From Rhina ancylostomus (lineage: Eukaryota), in contig JARFYF010000050.1 in the NCBI GenBank assembly GCA_030265395.1, forward strand, positions 24,065,165 to 24,129,164: 64,000 nucleotides of DNA, read 5' to 3'. The notes below the pieces were generated by a model. That model had not been told where the DNA came from. It ran no database searches and saw only the letters and a program-made list of their open reading frames with translations. Shown here one piece after another: positions 49,961 to 64,000 of the stretch. How positions within the stretch are numbered: position 1 is the stretch's first letter; every line of letters starts with the position of its first letter. The position numbers and the translations under genes are program-made.

Positions 49961-51024
49961 TCTTCTTTTGGGGATCATCTGTTATGTTTCAATAATCCTA
50001 AATTCCACGGTCCAAAAGGCAGAATAATAGGTTTTCTTCCAAGTGCCCCAGTGACAACTGTACATTCTTTTGAAAGGCATCAATGAGTAAGAGTTTCTAC
50101 TAGTTATAACACTATTGGAAGGACTGAGGAAGAATTCTAGTGCAGGCAATTAAAAGTTAAGCAGTCTGTAATGTAGAGCTCAAGTGCCTCATAATAAGGC
50201 AGCCAAGCAGAAGAAGATTGTGCAGTTAACCACATGTTGAAAGAATAGTGGAGGGTGACATTTCACTGAGGCACTGTGACCAGTTTTAGAGCAGTGTGTG
50301 GTTGTATAGAAGGGAGTTACTCTACTAACAGAATCACTGACAAGGAAACTGAAGATAAATAATAAATGCAGACTTTGGCAACACCCATATCCAAAAATGA
50401 GTTTTAAACAAAAAAAAATGTAGATGTTCCAACATTATTTCACAAGTAACTACTTTTGAAGAAATAATGCAATGAAAGAAAAGATAACCAATTTTCAAAC
50501 AGTAAATATGAAGGTCACACAAACAAAAATGCAATATATAATGAGGTAATCTGATTGAAGGGAATGAGTTTGGCCAGGACACTGGGAATAAGCCCGATCT
50601 CTGTTTTGCTTTAGATGGTGCCTTGGGATTACTTACATTGAGTTGAGATGGAAGATGTGGTCACTTAAACTTCTCTGAAATGTGGTATCACTGATAATGT
50701 TTTACTTTCTTAGTAGAGGGTTGAAATGAAAGTCTAGATGATATGCTCAAACATCTGGAGTGATGACTAAACCCTTGACTTCTGACTCATTGATGGAAAT
50801 GCTTCAGAAGTTTTGGCATATGAATGGGGTGGATTGGAGGGTCAGACTTTGGGGCATTGAAGAAACAGGTTATGAACAAGTAAAACAAGAGATTTAAATT
50901 AGCAAACACAACAAGGAATATGGAGAGAAATCTTGTAAGAGGCAGGAAAAAATTAAAGAAAGGATAGTGGAAGATAAATGAATTTTTTTTAAAAAGGGGG
51001 AAAAAGGAACCAAAGAATTTAAAT

Positions 51025-51925
51025 GACCTATATCAATGATTTGGATGTGAATGTAGAAGGCATGATTAGTAAGGTTGATGATGACACTGAAAGAGGTGGT
51101 GTCATTGACTATCAGAACTTAGAGGTATCTTGATCAACTAGGTAAATGGGCTGAAGAATTGCAAATGGAGTTTAATTTCAATAAGTGCGAGGTGTTGCAT
51201 TTCGGGAAGACAAATGAGGGTAGGACTTTCACATGAACAGTAGGGCCCTGGAGAATGCTGTGGAAGAGAGGGACCTTGAAAGTGAAGTCACGGGTAGACA
51301 GGGTGGTGAAGAAGGCTTTTGGCATGCTGGCCTTCATCAGTCAGGGCATTGAGTAGAAAAGTTGGGAGGTCATGTTGCTGTTNNNNNNNNNNNNNNNNNN
51401 NNNNNNNNNNNNNNNNNNNNNNNNNNNNNNNNNNNNNNNNNNNNNNNNNNNNNNNNNNNNNNNNNNNNNNNNNNNNNNNNNNNNNNNNNNNNNNNNNNNN
51501 NNNNNNNNNNNNNNNNNNNNNNNNNNNNNNNNNNNNNNNNNNNNNNNNNNTTGGAGCATAAGAGAATGAGGCATGATCTTATAGAGGTGTATAAAATTAT
51601 GAGGGGCATAGATAGGGTGAATGCACTTGGTCTTTTTCTCGGGGTTTGGGAATTGAGAACTAGAGAGCATAGGTTAAGTTGGGGTTTAATAGGAACCTGA
51701 AGGGCAACTTTTTCACCCAAAGGGTGGTCTGTATATGGAAAGAGCTGCCAGAGGAAGTGGTTGAGGCAGATACATTAACAACATTTAAAAGAATCTTGGA
51801 CAGGTGAAAGTTTAGAGGGATATGGGCCAAACTCGGGTAAATAGGGTGATCTTAGCTGGGAATCTTTGTCAGCATGCACCAGTTGTGCTGAAGGGCCTGT
51901 TTCTGTGCTGTGTGACTCCATGACC
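51025..51925 (+). mobile_element. CR1 LINE RT-to-3' fragment (contains a gap)
   Basis: tatatcaatgatttggatgtgaat..gatgacact (INDLD..DDT), WAEELQMEFN..KCEVLHFG, DLIEVYKIMRGIDRV, and the CR1 tail. Confidence 0.9.
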
Positions 51926-54900
51926 CTTTGGGTTGTGGTGTTAAAAGGTGACTTTGCAATGCGTTGGAAATAGGTAGGAAGTTAAAAAGAGGAATGTGTT
52001 TTTTTTTGTGTATTCAGACTCTTGTAGCTGCAGGCTATCCTAAAGTGTAACACTGATAATAAAGTATTTTTGAACTGTGACTCTATATTAATTAGAAAGA
52101 ATGGATTTTGGTAGTTGTGGGAGAATGGTAATGTTTTCAGAGAGCCCTTCTCTTACCTGCAAGTATGGAGGCTTTATTCTTCACTGATTGCTATAACTGA
52201 CCTGGGAATCCTTGAGACATAAGAGATGTAGATGCTGGAATCTGGAGCAACAAACAAGAGCATGGAGAAACTCAGCGGATCAGGTAGCGTCTGTGGAGGG
52301 AAATGGACAGTCAATGTTTCGGATCGAGACCCTTTATCTGGACTGGATGCAATAGTTAAATCCTAGCTGTTTAGCATGGAAATACTGGCATTTCCATCAA
52401 GCATGGGCCCATAGAGTAAATGATGTTGTAAATATAAAATGCATTCAATATTATATGGAACAGTACAGTACAAATAGGTCCATTGTCCTTCAATGTCTCT
52501 GCTCGCCATGATGCCAAATTAAACTAATCCCATCTGCCTGCACATAGTCGATATCCATTCCCTGTCCATTCACGTGCCTGTCTAAATGCCTCTTAAATGT
52601 TGCTGTTGTATCTGCTCCCACCACCTCCCCTGGCAGTGCATTCCAGGCACCTACCACTGGGATACTTATGAGCATTGACAGGTGCAAATCTATTGTTCCT
52701 TTTATCCTGAGGAGACTGTTATTCAATTTTGAAGGGCAGTATGTGTCTACACTTTTAGAGCAATGACCAAGATCACCAGTTGGGGATGAATGGAGATATC
52801 TGTATGGCTCACTCAGTTCATCCATCAGCACAATGCCCGAACCTTATTTATGTCAAGATTTGTCACATTCTCAACTGTCCAGTTTGAGCTGAGGCTGGCA
52901 ATGTTCTACTGTTCCCTTGTTGTCATTTTGAAGATATTGTAAATTTGCCATTCATGAGAGCAATGTGAAATATTACTTTAAAAGACCCGGAAACAGCAAC
53001 AGATACAGCTAAGGTAACCAAATATGTTCCTCAACAAGGGCTTTTTGTCCTGTTCATCATCAAACTGTGGGGGAGTAATGGCCCTTTTGATAATCTGTGA
53101 GTGTTTGCAGGGTGTGGAGAAGTTAGTAGGATCATTGGTTAAAATATTTGTGTTTTTACTTGCAGTTTGGGAACACCAATCTAAAATTGTACTTGTATTG
53201 GCGGGGAGAGGAAAGGTTTTGAGTTAAGATTGTTGAGCTTTGCATCTGAATACTGGGTGTGGTTTGGTTTGCAGGTCACTGAACAGTTGGGAATGGTAAA
53301 CTAATATTTAACTGTGGATTCAAATTACATGGAACAAGGAACCATTTTGTGGTTTAGAGCAGGAAATCCCTATTTGTGTGTATGCTGCAAGTAGTCATGG
53401 GCAACCCAGTGGTTTAAAAGGGGAGTAGTATAGTAAGCATTTCATTAAATTGGTTTACATTGAACTGAGTGGTAAATAAATGACTTAGCTGTGTTCATTG
53501 TCCATTGACAAAGATGTTGATTGTGAATCCTTGGTTACTGTAAGGGAGCTTTACCATTCAAAAATCCACCAAAAACAGATATATATTTGAAGTACATAGA
53601 GTCATTCAGCACGGAAACAGGCCCTTCAGCTCAGCTGGCACATGTTTGGCCCACATCCTTCTAAATCNNNNNNNNNNNNNNNNNNNNNNNNNNNNNNNNN
53701 NNNNNNNNNNNNNNNNNNNNNNNNNNNNNNNNNNNNNNNNNNNNNNNNNNNNNNNNNNNNNNNNNNNNNNNNNNNNNNNNNNNNNNNNNNNNNNNNNNNN
53801 NNNNNNNNNNNNNNNNNNNNNNNNNNNNNNNTGCCCTCTAGTTCTTGATCTCACATCATTGTTATATCTATATTTTTAAATATTATTTTATGAATCCTAC
53901 ATTTCGTATAAGTTCTCATGATATGAATTACTGACTAGACTACGCAGAAATGTCCCACCAAAACTTGACACTGGTTTCTCACTTACTAAACCAAGAGAAT
54001 TATTGAGTCTTCCAGTACAAAACCATTGCACAGATCCTGTGTCCCAGAAGGGACTGCCATCTTAATTCCATTCTCTTGCCTGCTGGCCGTACTTTTTTTT
54101 CAAGTTTTCCCTTTATTTAAATATTTATTCAGGTCTTTAGGTCTTTTTAAAAGCTATTATGGATATTGCTTCCAACATCATTTCTGGCATGCCTTGATAA
54201 GTCCTATCAATCATCTTCAAAACAAGCACTCCCTTGCCCTAGTGCATAGTTTATAGAACAGCAAAGACACAGCAAACTCGGGACTGAATTAAAAATTTAC
54301 ACAGAACCATTATTAATTATTGTGCCTCCCTTTTGCTACTAGGGCAGCATTACCCTAAATATCTGATCTTCTGCATTATTGAGATGTAATACTTTGCATC
54401 CCTTTGCGGTAAATTATTGTAACTATTTTGGCAAATGCAGATGAATACAGGTGCAGCGTAGAACAATCTGCTAAGATCTCCCTTTCCGTTATGTCTGCGT
54501 GGTTGAGCATAAGTGCTCTACTTCAGCCTTGCTAAAATGAGGGTGATCTCGCTGATGAGCTCTTTAGAAAGTTCACAGTGAATAGGTGTTTTAAAATTAA
54601 AAAAAATTTAAATGTTTGTTTAAATATGCTGTAACTCCTTTCAGTTAATCTTGAGGCTTAAAGGGAATATGTAGCATAGAAGTAGGCCTTCCATCCCAAC
54701 TATTTCTTGTAGTGTTTGTCCTCCATTCAACCTTCCTCCTTCCTTCCTTCTTCATTGAATTCCATCAGCATTACCCTTCTCCCTCATATGCATATGCAAC
54801 TTTCCTTTAAGGCCTTCGGTACTATTTCCCCTGGCTATTACCACATGAGTTCCACATTCCCACTGCTCTTATTGAAAAAGTTCTTTCATCATCAAAAAGT

Positions 54901-55549
54901 ACAGAGTACAAGAGAACAGTTAGCACTTGTGTTTTGGTTGTCTGCTTGGTAGATTAGTTCAGTTGTTTATACCCCATCTATATTGTTCTCCTTGCATATA
55001 GTTCTGCACTTTGTCTTAATTTATTTACTCAATTTTTTGGAATGTACAATTGGCTTCTACCACCCTTTCAGATAGCACTTTGCAAGTCATATCAACTCTC
55101 CTTCTGGTGATCACCTTTATCCTACTAATCAGTTACTGAACCTTCTGTAACTGGAAACTGTTTCCCTTACTGGCTCAATCAGCATGATCAATGATTTTGA
55201 ACACTCCTACTTAATCTCCTGTTAAACACATGACGAGAAAGAAACTGTGGTTGAAATCTTTCATCATTAGCACAGTTGCTGTAAAGTGGCTTAATTGTGT
55301 CTGTTTTATATCCATTCATCTAGTTTCATTTACATCTGAAATTAAAACAAAAGTATTTTGATGGGTGGTATCTGTGGCGAGAAAAACGAGGTAATGTTTC
55401 AGGCCAATGGCTGATCTTTAGAAATGGAACAACTTGGAAAGCAGGTGTGCTTAAACCTGCAGAGAAAGGGGAGAATGGGTGGATGGAACTGCAGAATGCC
55501 TGACTGGGATGGGGTGGAGACAGAGATGGATGACACAGGTTGGTCAGAG

Positions 55550-55885
55550 AATCATACAGTGCAGAAATAGGCCCTTTGACCCACTGAGTCCATGCTGGCC
55601 ATCGAACCCCGAATTGCATTGATCCTAATTTATTCTCTCCACATTCCCACCAATTCTCCCGAAGTTCTTCAACTTACCTACAAACCAGGGGCAATTTTAC
55701 AGTGGCCAGTTACCTTCCCAANNNNNNNNNNNNNNNNNNNNNNNNNNAAACTGGTACACCTGGCGGAAACCCACATGGTCATAGGGAGAGGATGCAACCT
55801 CCATACAGACAGCATAGGAGGTCAGGATTGAACTTGGGTCACTGAAGTGGCGAGGCAATAGCCCTGCCATCCGCACCACTGTGCA
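55550..55885 (-). mobile_element. HE1/V-type SINE
   Basis: Reverse complement has head gcacagtggtgcggatggcag..gacccaagttcaatcctgacctcc and tail gggcctatttctgcactgtatgattctct. Confidence 0.8.
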
Positions 55886-58444
55886 GCCTCACTTGACTGT
55901 GTGAGGGTGCTGAAGACTTGTTGAAGGCACCCTCCAATCTCTTTGGGTTGTGATGCACATGGTAGGAGAACAAAGAGGAGAGAAAAAAAAACCTGCTGGA
56001 ACTGTGTGATACAAAATGTAACAAGTGCTGGGAATCTGTAGTAAAGAGGAATGTCGTGACAGGCCAGCAGATCAGGTTACCAGCTTGCTATGAGATTGAT
56101 GTATTATTTAATAGTAACATCAGTGCTGGACTGAGAGTCATATTTCTTGTAGATCAGAGGGATGTTGGTATTTTGCATAAAATTATTGGCCATCTTAACC
56201 TACTCAGAAATTTCACTCAATGTACCAATACAGAGGGAGATCAAGTCCAAACCTTGCAGTTTTATAATGTCGTTATAAAGACAGTGGTGTCTGATAGCTA
56301 GCACTGTATGTCATGATCCCTATAACCTTGTGACATTTTTATCTTTTTATCCCCGGGGCCCTGGACCTGATGGGCTGAATGCCCTCCTTGTGCGTCATTG
56401 TGACGGTCACATCAGGATAAAATAAGAAAAGTTTAATAGTTGCACTGTGCCAGCTTATTTCAGCAATTGGACTGTAATTTTTGAATTGGAAGGTTGTTGG
56501 TTCAAACCAGGTGCCAGTGACTTCAGATTAGTTTAGTTTATTGTCATGTACACTAGGGTCAATGAGATTCCTTGCTGGCATGAAGCTCAGAGCAAACAGT
56601 ATACATGGTAATAATAGCTACAACAAGAAATACAGTAAGTGCAAAACAATAGAATGGTGCAAAGAAAGTAGTATATTGTCAAGAGCACTACTTGAGTGTA
56701 TTATCTAGGCAGCAGTGTTGCTTTGTCACTGATGCTGACTGCTGTCAAACCAAGGGTCTGAATGCCTTTTCCAGCCGACATAAATTATCCTGCAACACTG
56801 TTTGAAATGCCAGGCTAACACCAATGCCTCAATATACAGGTTAATTAGCCATTCTTTTTGCTATTACCAGGACCTGGTGAATAGGCTGTCCTGTTTACAT
56901 ACAAAACCACAATGCCCCCAGAAGTAATTCATTGGCATTAAAGCACTCCCTTGCCTGAGGACATGAATCCTATTTCAGTACAGACTCAGCTTCCTTTCTA
57001 AGGGGTAGCTTCATGAAGCCATAGAAGATCTGAAACTTTGACCGATATTTCAATTGAGGAATAGTAGCTGTAAGGAGTTCAGCAATGGTTCCAGGATAAC
57101 TGAAAAACACGATGATGCTGGAGGATCATGAAGAAGGGTCCTGACCCGAAACGTTGACCACCTGCTTTTCTCCACGGATGCTGCCTGGCCTGCTGAGTTC
57201 CTCATAGTGTTTTTCATCTGGATTCCAGCATCTCTAGTCCTTTTGTTTCTCTAGTTTCAGGATAATTACCCTGTTGTGTTTAAATTGTTTATTTTTTTCC
57301 CTGCATTTTCAGCTTCCTTTAATTTGTCAGATGTTTTCTCTGAAAGGAATTCAACCAGCCATAAGCAAACAAAATGAGTAGCTCTGAGTTGCAGTCTGAA
57401 TAGTTTAGGAGTGGCTCATGCTGATTCTGCGCAAGGCAACCAAGAGATATTTAAAGATATTTAGAAGCCATTTAAAGAAATTACTTAAAGATATTTAGAA
57501 GTTGCACTGCAAAATCTAGTCACTCAGCTTGTCCAGTCCCAAATGAATTTTGTCTTCCATGTGATCAAATAAGATGAAGAGGAAGATTTTTAAATTCTGA
57601 AGCTAATAAAGGTGGAATTCCTAATGGGAAGGATGATACTAGATAGGATATGTGCAAGTGAGCTTTGGACAAGTTGCAGTTCATGGGAGACACAAGAGAC
57701 TGCAGATGCTGGAATCTGGAGCAACACACAAAAAGATGGAGATACTTAGAGGGTCGAGCAGCATCTGTGGAGGGAAATGAATAGCCGGAATTTTGGGTTG
57801 AGATGCTTTATCTGGACTGAAAGATAGTGGGGAGATGGCCAGTATAAGAAGGTGGAGGGAAGGGGTGGAGCAAGATCTGGCAGGTGATTGGTGGATCCAG
57901 GTGAGGAGGGGTGATGGGCAGAAGGGGGGAGAGGAGAGGGGTAATCGCACCAGAAGCTGGGTGGATTGGTGATTGGTGGAAGTGACAAAGGGCTCAAGAT
58001 GATTCAATCTGATGGGGGGAAGGTGGAGAATATAATCAAGGGATGGGGGGGGAGGGCAGATGAGAATAGTGAAGAAAGGGAACCAGTAGGAGCAGTGTGT
58101 GGGTGATGGGTAAATAGAGAGAGTGGGCAGTATTATGGAGCCAAAAGCTAACAGTTTACATGATGCAAAGAGTTTGAAGTATGAATCCCCATTTCAGTTT
58201 TGAGCAGGTCTGATTCAGCTTGAATGAATACCCAGAGAGTTTGATGACAATAGCATTGTACAACAGCATATGACAATGACAAAACAAAGATGATATTTAC
58301 ACTTGCTCAAGGAAAGTTTCCATCCTTCATGTTTTGTAACAAAGTGCTTGTGGAATTTAAGGAAGGGCTGAAAAGATGGAGGTGTGTGTCTAATGAAGCA
58401 GTGTAAAGAGGAAACTTTGAAGGACATAACTAACAGGATAAGTA

Positions 58445-58831
58445 ATGGTGATCTTGTTGAAGCCTACAAAATCCTCATGGGGCTTGACAGAGTAGATGCA
58501 GGGTTGATGTTTCCCATGGTGAGGGGTGGGCCTAGAACCGGGGGTCACAGTCTCCAAATAAAGGAATCAGCCATTTGGGACAGATGAGAAACTTCTGTTC
58601 CAATTGTACCGTGTGTGGGTGAGGTCACACCTGGAGTACTGCGCACAATTTTGGTCTCAACTTTTAAGAAAGCATATCCTCTGATTGGAGGCAATCCAAA
58701 AAAAAATCTCTTGGCTAATTCCTGGGATGAGAGGGCTGTCCTATTATGAGCAGGTAAAGAAATTAGATCTATATTGGTTGGAGTTTCAACAAACGAGAGG
58801 TGATTGTATTGAAATGTATAGGGAGGAGGTG
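58445..58831 (+). mobile_element. CR1 LINE fragments (rearranged)
   Basis: GDLVEAYKILMGLDRVDA..PRTGGHSLQI, then gtgaggtcacacctggagtactgcgcacaattttggtct..LIPGMRGLSY. Confidence 0.8.
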
Positions 58832-60909
58832 NNNNNNNNNNNNNNNNNNNNNNNNNNNNNNNNNNNNNNNNNNNNNNNNNNNNNNNNNNNNNNNNNNNNN
58901 NNNNNNNNNNNNNNNNNNNNNNNNNNNNNNNATTCATATCCACAGTTCAATTTAAGAAAGAAATAACACTATCAAATCCCTGTGTTTTGTTAACAAATAT
59001 AGGTAAGGTCAATTGTAAAATTTTGGAGGAATGTGTTTCAATATAAGATGGTATAATGATCAGTGGAACCAGTTACAAGGATTCGTCAAACTGAAGTGGA
59101 GCAGGTGCTATGATCTCAACAGAGATTAATTTGTCATGCTTCAGTAATTTGTCATTGCAATGGAGGATTAGTCTCATCCTAACCACCTCCGAGTGATCTT
59201 GCTGAAGCGAGTTTTCTGATACATTGGGAAGTGGCACTTTGATTGCCCCAAACTGATACCATCAGTTTCATCACCGTTTACTTGGACAGTTATCTATTCC
59301 AACCAATAATCTACCTCACCATTAAAAATAAATAAGGAAACAGTTTTACTTTCTAAAATGGGTGCTCTTGATGAAACTTCTTTTCAAAAAGCTTTCTCAT
59401 CAGTGGATTGAGCCATAATTATTTTGAATCAGCAGGGTTTCCAATAAACTACATGTCTCAGATCATTTGAGTGTCTCTTTCAACAGCAGGGCATTAACAC
59501 AGAATTATCATAAATTGCAAGGTTTGTATGAATTTCTAATTTTCATAGTTGAAATTGGAAATATAAATTTAGCCACTCTATTGTCAAAATAAAATAGACA
59601 ATTAATGACTGCAATTGAATGAAGATTATTAATTGAAGTAGATCCAGTTAATGTAAATCTGAAATTAAAATTTCACAACTGTAAGCATATTAATGCCAAT
59701 TTTGAACTGTACTCAAAATGAAGAAGTCACAGGAAACATGCAATTTCACATAGAAATGAAAAACTAGCATTTATTTTTCAAATTGAAAAACAAAGGGAAA
59801 AAATAAGAATTACATAAAAACAAATGAAATGTTATTCAGCAAGGATTCCAATTTAGTTAACTTAAGAAGTAGATTAACCAGACACCAGTGATTGGGAAAA
59901 GATTTTGTGTATACATATGTAATAGGGAGGAGGTGGTGGGGGGGAGATGAGAAAAACTTGAATGAGGGGACAAGTTTGGGGGGGGCAGACATTTACAACT
60001 GAGCTATGTATGAACTTCTCACAGAAGGCGGTGAATCTGTGTAATTCTTTACCCAGGGGCTTGTGGACGCTAGATCATTAGAGGTATTTAAAGAGGTAAA
60101 TACATTTTTGAAAGATCGGGGAATTGAGGGCTATGGAGATCTGGTGCTGAAGAAGAGATGAGGTCTGGGGCTGTTCAGCCATGATCATATTGACTGGCAA
60201 GGCAGGCATTGGGGGCCAAGTGAGCCACTCCTGCTCCTCCTTTCATGTCACCCAGAGAAGGCAGTAGAGGCTCATTTCAGATGAGGTAAAACATAGAATG
60301 ATACAGTAGAGGATCTGACCCCTCGGCCCATGATGTCTGCGCCAAGTACAATGCCAAATTAAACTAAGTCTCTTGGCCTGTACATGATCTATATTCTGCC
60401 ATTCCCTGCATATTCTTGTGTCTATCTAAAAGCCTCTTAAACACCAGTATCATATCTGCTTCCAACACTACCACCAGCAGCCTATTCCAGGCACCCACCA
60501 CTCTCTGTGTAAAAAGGAATTTGTCCTGCACATCTCCGTTAAACTCCCCCCCCCAATGTTAAGCACATGTCCTCTTGTATTTGAAACTTAGATATTCGGG
60601 GAATCGTGGGATTAATGTCAATAAATGGCACAGAGGTAAAAGATCAGCCATGATTTTATAGAATGGCAGAGCAGGCACAATGGGCTGAATGGCCTTTTCC
60701 TATTCCTTGTGTGCCTATGTTCATTACATGCAGAATTGAATGATCTTAAAATTGTGAACTGAACCAGAAGATTAAGGTACTGAGAATCTGGAATCTGGTT
60801 TATTCCAACAGTTTGAGTTGGAAGGAGCTTGCAAAGGTAATAACAGTTGGCTTACGCAATGTCATTAGTTGATGGTCACATTCAAATGGCAGAATAAAGG
60901 AAAAAAAGC

Positions 60910-61535
60910 TGGTAATAAGGAAGGCAAATGCAATATTAGCATTCATTTTGAGAGGACTGGAATATGAATGCAAGCATGTAATGCTGAGGCTTTATAAGGT
61001 GTTGGGCCCCTTATCCAAGGAAGGATATGCTGGCATTGGAGAGGATCTAGAGGAGGTTTATAAGAATGATACCAGGAATGAAAGGGGTAACGTGTGAGGA
61101 GCATTTGATGGCTCTGGGCCTGTGCTTGCTAGAGTTTAGGAGGATGTGGGGGGATCTCAATGAAACCTACAGAGTATTGAAAGGTCTGGACAGAGTGAAT
61201 GTGGAAAGGATGTTTCCAGTAGTGGGAGAGTCTAGGACCAGAGGGCACAGCCTCAGAATAAAAGGCTGTTCCTTTGGAACAGAGATGAGGAGGTATTTCT
61301 TCAGCTAGAGGGTGGTGAATCTGTGGATTTCATTGCCACTGAGGGATGTGGAGGCTAAATCATTGGCTATATTTAAAGTGGGGGCTGATAGGTTCTTAAT
61401 TAGTAAGGACGTCAGAGGTTATGGAGAGAAGGCAGGAGAATGGGGTTGAGAGGGAAAGATAAATCAGCCACGATTGAATGGTGGAACAGATTTACTGGGC
61501 TGAATGACCAAATCCTGCTCCTATGTCTTATAGTC
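60910..61535 (+). mobile_element. CR1 LINE 3' fragment
   Basis: ORF 61066..61308 reads MIPGMKGVTCEEHLMALGLCLLEFRRMWGDL..SRTRGHSLRIKG..FFS, with tail gggctgaatgaccaaatcctgctcctatgtctta. Confidence 0.9.
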
Positions 61536-64000
61536 TGAATGTAACTTCATTACCATATATTTTTCGTGCATTGTTTAGAGTTATCAGGAAAGTGCCAGTG
61601 CAAAGATTTAGATATAATTTTATTCATTATGAATTCTAATGCACGCTTGTAAGATCTGTAAAATGATATATAGTTTATTGTGAGAAAAGATCTGATACTC
61701 ATTTCATTTCAAGATTTTCAGAATGCAAAAAGAAATGTGGGCAATGTTAAATCTCCTTACAATCTTAAACATTAAAATCCTTTGTTCCATAAGGTTTGTG
61801 TCTGATTGTGTTGTCATTTGATGATGGTCTTCACATTTTTTCTTCCAAATTGGTTGTGTTCTCTTGCTATTTATCTTGCATTATTTGCCATCTGTGTAGA
61901 GCATCATTTATAGAAGGGAAAAGCAGTATCCAAGATAACATCTGATTTATATTGTAATACTTCCAGCAATGTTTCAAAATACTTTTCATCTCCTACATAA
62001 ATTCCATCATATCTTTAGAGCAATCAGGGAAAAATGACTTGCCTCTTCCTAAACTATTTTTTTATAGCAGTCTAAAAAGATGACATTCCCTGTTCACTCC
62101 CACCATATATGCCAAGAGCAAAATATATCTTCATGGCTTTATTTCTCCAGTCAATTGGATTAAAGTGGCTAATATATAAAAATAAATAACACAGCAAATG
62201 TTCTGCCTGAAGATACAATTGTGGGGTCATCACCAGAGAGCATAGGCACCACTGAATGTTGATTGAAGGACAAATGAGCCCATTAATTTTTAGTCTAAGA
62301 TTCTCTGCAAAGTGGTAGTGGGTGTAGTCAACCATTCCTTTTTGCTCCCAAGTTTATTATCCCAGTTTAAAGTAATTGGAGAAAAATACACATTTAGATA
62401 TGTTTGTTGAACTTCTAACTATTTCTTTGCGAAATTCAAACCATCAAGTGATCTAATCAATATTGGGCAATATATTTTCATTTTCATTNNNNNNNNNNNN
62501 NNNNNNNNNNNNNNNNNNNNNNNNNNNNNNNNNNNNNNNNNNNNNNNNNNNNNNNNNNNNNNNNNNNNNNNNNNNNNNNNNNNNNNNNATTTCTCTGTCA
62601 GCAGGCACTGAGTGGCCCAGCGTTGTTTGTCCCAGAGTAATTGCTGCCTCATCATTGAAAAGTAATTGGTCTCTCATACCTTCTGGGACCTTTGGAAGGC
62701 CTTTGATGCAACCATTGTTTGTTGCTATCTGTAAAATTTCATGGGCAGCTCTGGGAACTCCACAGTCATACTCCTTTGACTGTGGGAGAGAGAAATGATG
62801 CCAGTCAGTGCCTCCTCAGTTCTCACTCATCACCATGTTTCACCATGATTTTCAGACCTTGTAATAATGAACCTATTCTTGCCGTTCACTCAACTTTGTG
62901 CACTCTCTGTTCCCCTGGCTCCCTTATACACAGCCCTTCAGTGTCATTAGTGAATAAACTTCATTTACATTCACTGGAAGTATCTGACCTGGTTGACTGA
63001 GCATGCAAGAGGCACAAAGACTGAGAATGTTATGGATAGGAAAATGAGGTTGACCCAATGACAAGTAGGCGGCCGAAGCATGACGTTCTCTCCCTCTGTC
63101 ACATTACACCTCCTTCATCTTTCTCACACCACATGTGAATGTATCTCCCAGGATGTTCACATGTATACTTGATCTTAAAACTGCAATATTTCAAAGCCTG
63201 TATTAGCAGACAATGTTGATGTTTGATTATAATATGCATGAACTGTGCAAATGCACAATAAAGCAAATAGTGCCCTCGATATCTTTGGGAATAATAAAGA
63301 GCGTTTAAACCATAAAAGTACCTCCTGAAGTATTGACATTGTTACAGAGACAAGCAGGGCATCAGTCCACACCAAATAATCTCAAAACTCTCAGATAGAT
63401 TTTTGCTGTTAGTTGAGGTCTGAACATAGATCATGGCACCAGGAGAATTCTCTTATTCTACTTTGAATACTGTGGAAATAATGGTGTCCGCATGAATATA
63501 CATATAAAACTTTGGCTTAATATCTAATCTGAAAGATACTATTTCTGACGATAAAGTATTGCCTCAGGACTGCACAGATGTATCAGCCCAGATAATGGTA
63601 AAAATGGTGATGAACTCACAACTTTCTGACTTGTGAGAATGCAACAATAACCAGGCAAAGCTGACGTGTCAATGTGGAATTTTTCAGTTAACACTCTGCA
63701 AAAAAAAAATGTGATTTTAGTATAATGTGATTCTCTCTAAACCTCCCCCTGCTACATCACCCAACCATCCTCTTCCCCCACTATGCTCCCACCACCCCAT
63801 CTGGACCACTTGAAAATTTTGTTTCTAATTCATTTTCCTTTTTGAATATTAATCATTACTCAACAACCTGCTAACAATTATTCATGATTAAAACATTAAT
63901 GCTCTGGTATAAATGATGGACCTGCTTGGAAGGGATTAAAATTTACATAATTCATGATCCTTGAATTTGATGGTTTATTGAAAGGAGCAAATCAGTGCTA

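Noticed and set aside
56056-57400. ORF 56056-56301 and ATGAGTAGCTCTG near 57374 as possible PIK3R6 N-terminal exons
   Set aside because: No convincing similarity to the recalled PIK3R6 N-terminus and no suitable splice donors.
1-64000. Prokaryotic-type systems (CRISPR arrays, operons, defence islands) or an intact autonomous transposon
   Set aside because: This is spliced vertebrate DNA with no regularly spaced repeat-spacer array. Every LINE piece is truncated or frameshifted.

Overview
Eukaryotic, AT-rich, gapped draft-assembly DNA. The repeat content (CR1/HER1-type LINEs, HE1/V-type and Deu-domain SINEs, Rex1- and RTE-type LINE remnants, a palindromic repeat family) points to a cartilaginous fish (shark or ray). 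The + strand carries the last 13 coding exons of PIK3R5 (p101, regulatory subunit of PI3K-gamma) at 359-28233. They splice GT-AG into one open frame of 2125 nt ending CLPIVTFSGALP*, and the 5' exons lie upstream of the window. A candidate distal poly(A) site lies at about 33974. A CpG-enriched promoter-like stretch with ETS and CCAAT motifs and a strong splice donor lies at about 40900-41720, possibly the first exon of the next gene (PIK3R6 by synteny, inferred only). The rest is repeat-rich non-coding DNA. The most unusual item is an intact, GC3-rich 85-nt exon resembling a prominin (PROM1/CD133-family) exon inside a PIK3R5 intron (21868-21952). It is bracketed by two direct SINE copies and lies next to an assembly gap, so it is either a real captured gene fragment that could act as a poison exon, or a mis-join. 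All homology calls come from recalled sequences, not database searches, and repeat boundaries are approximate.
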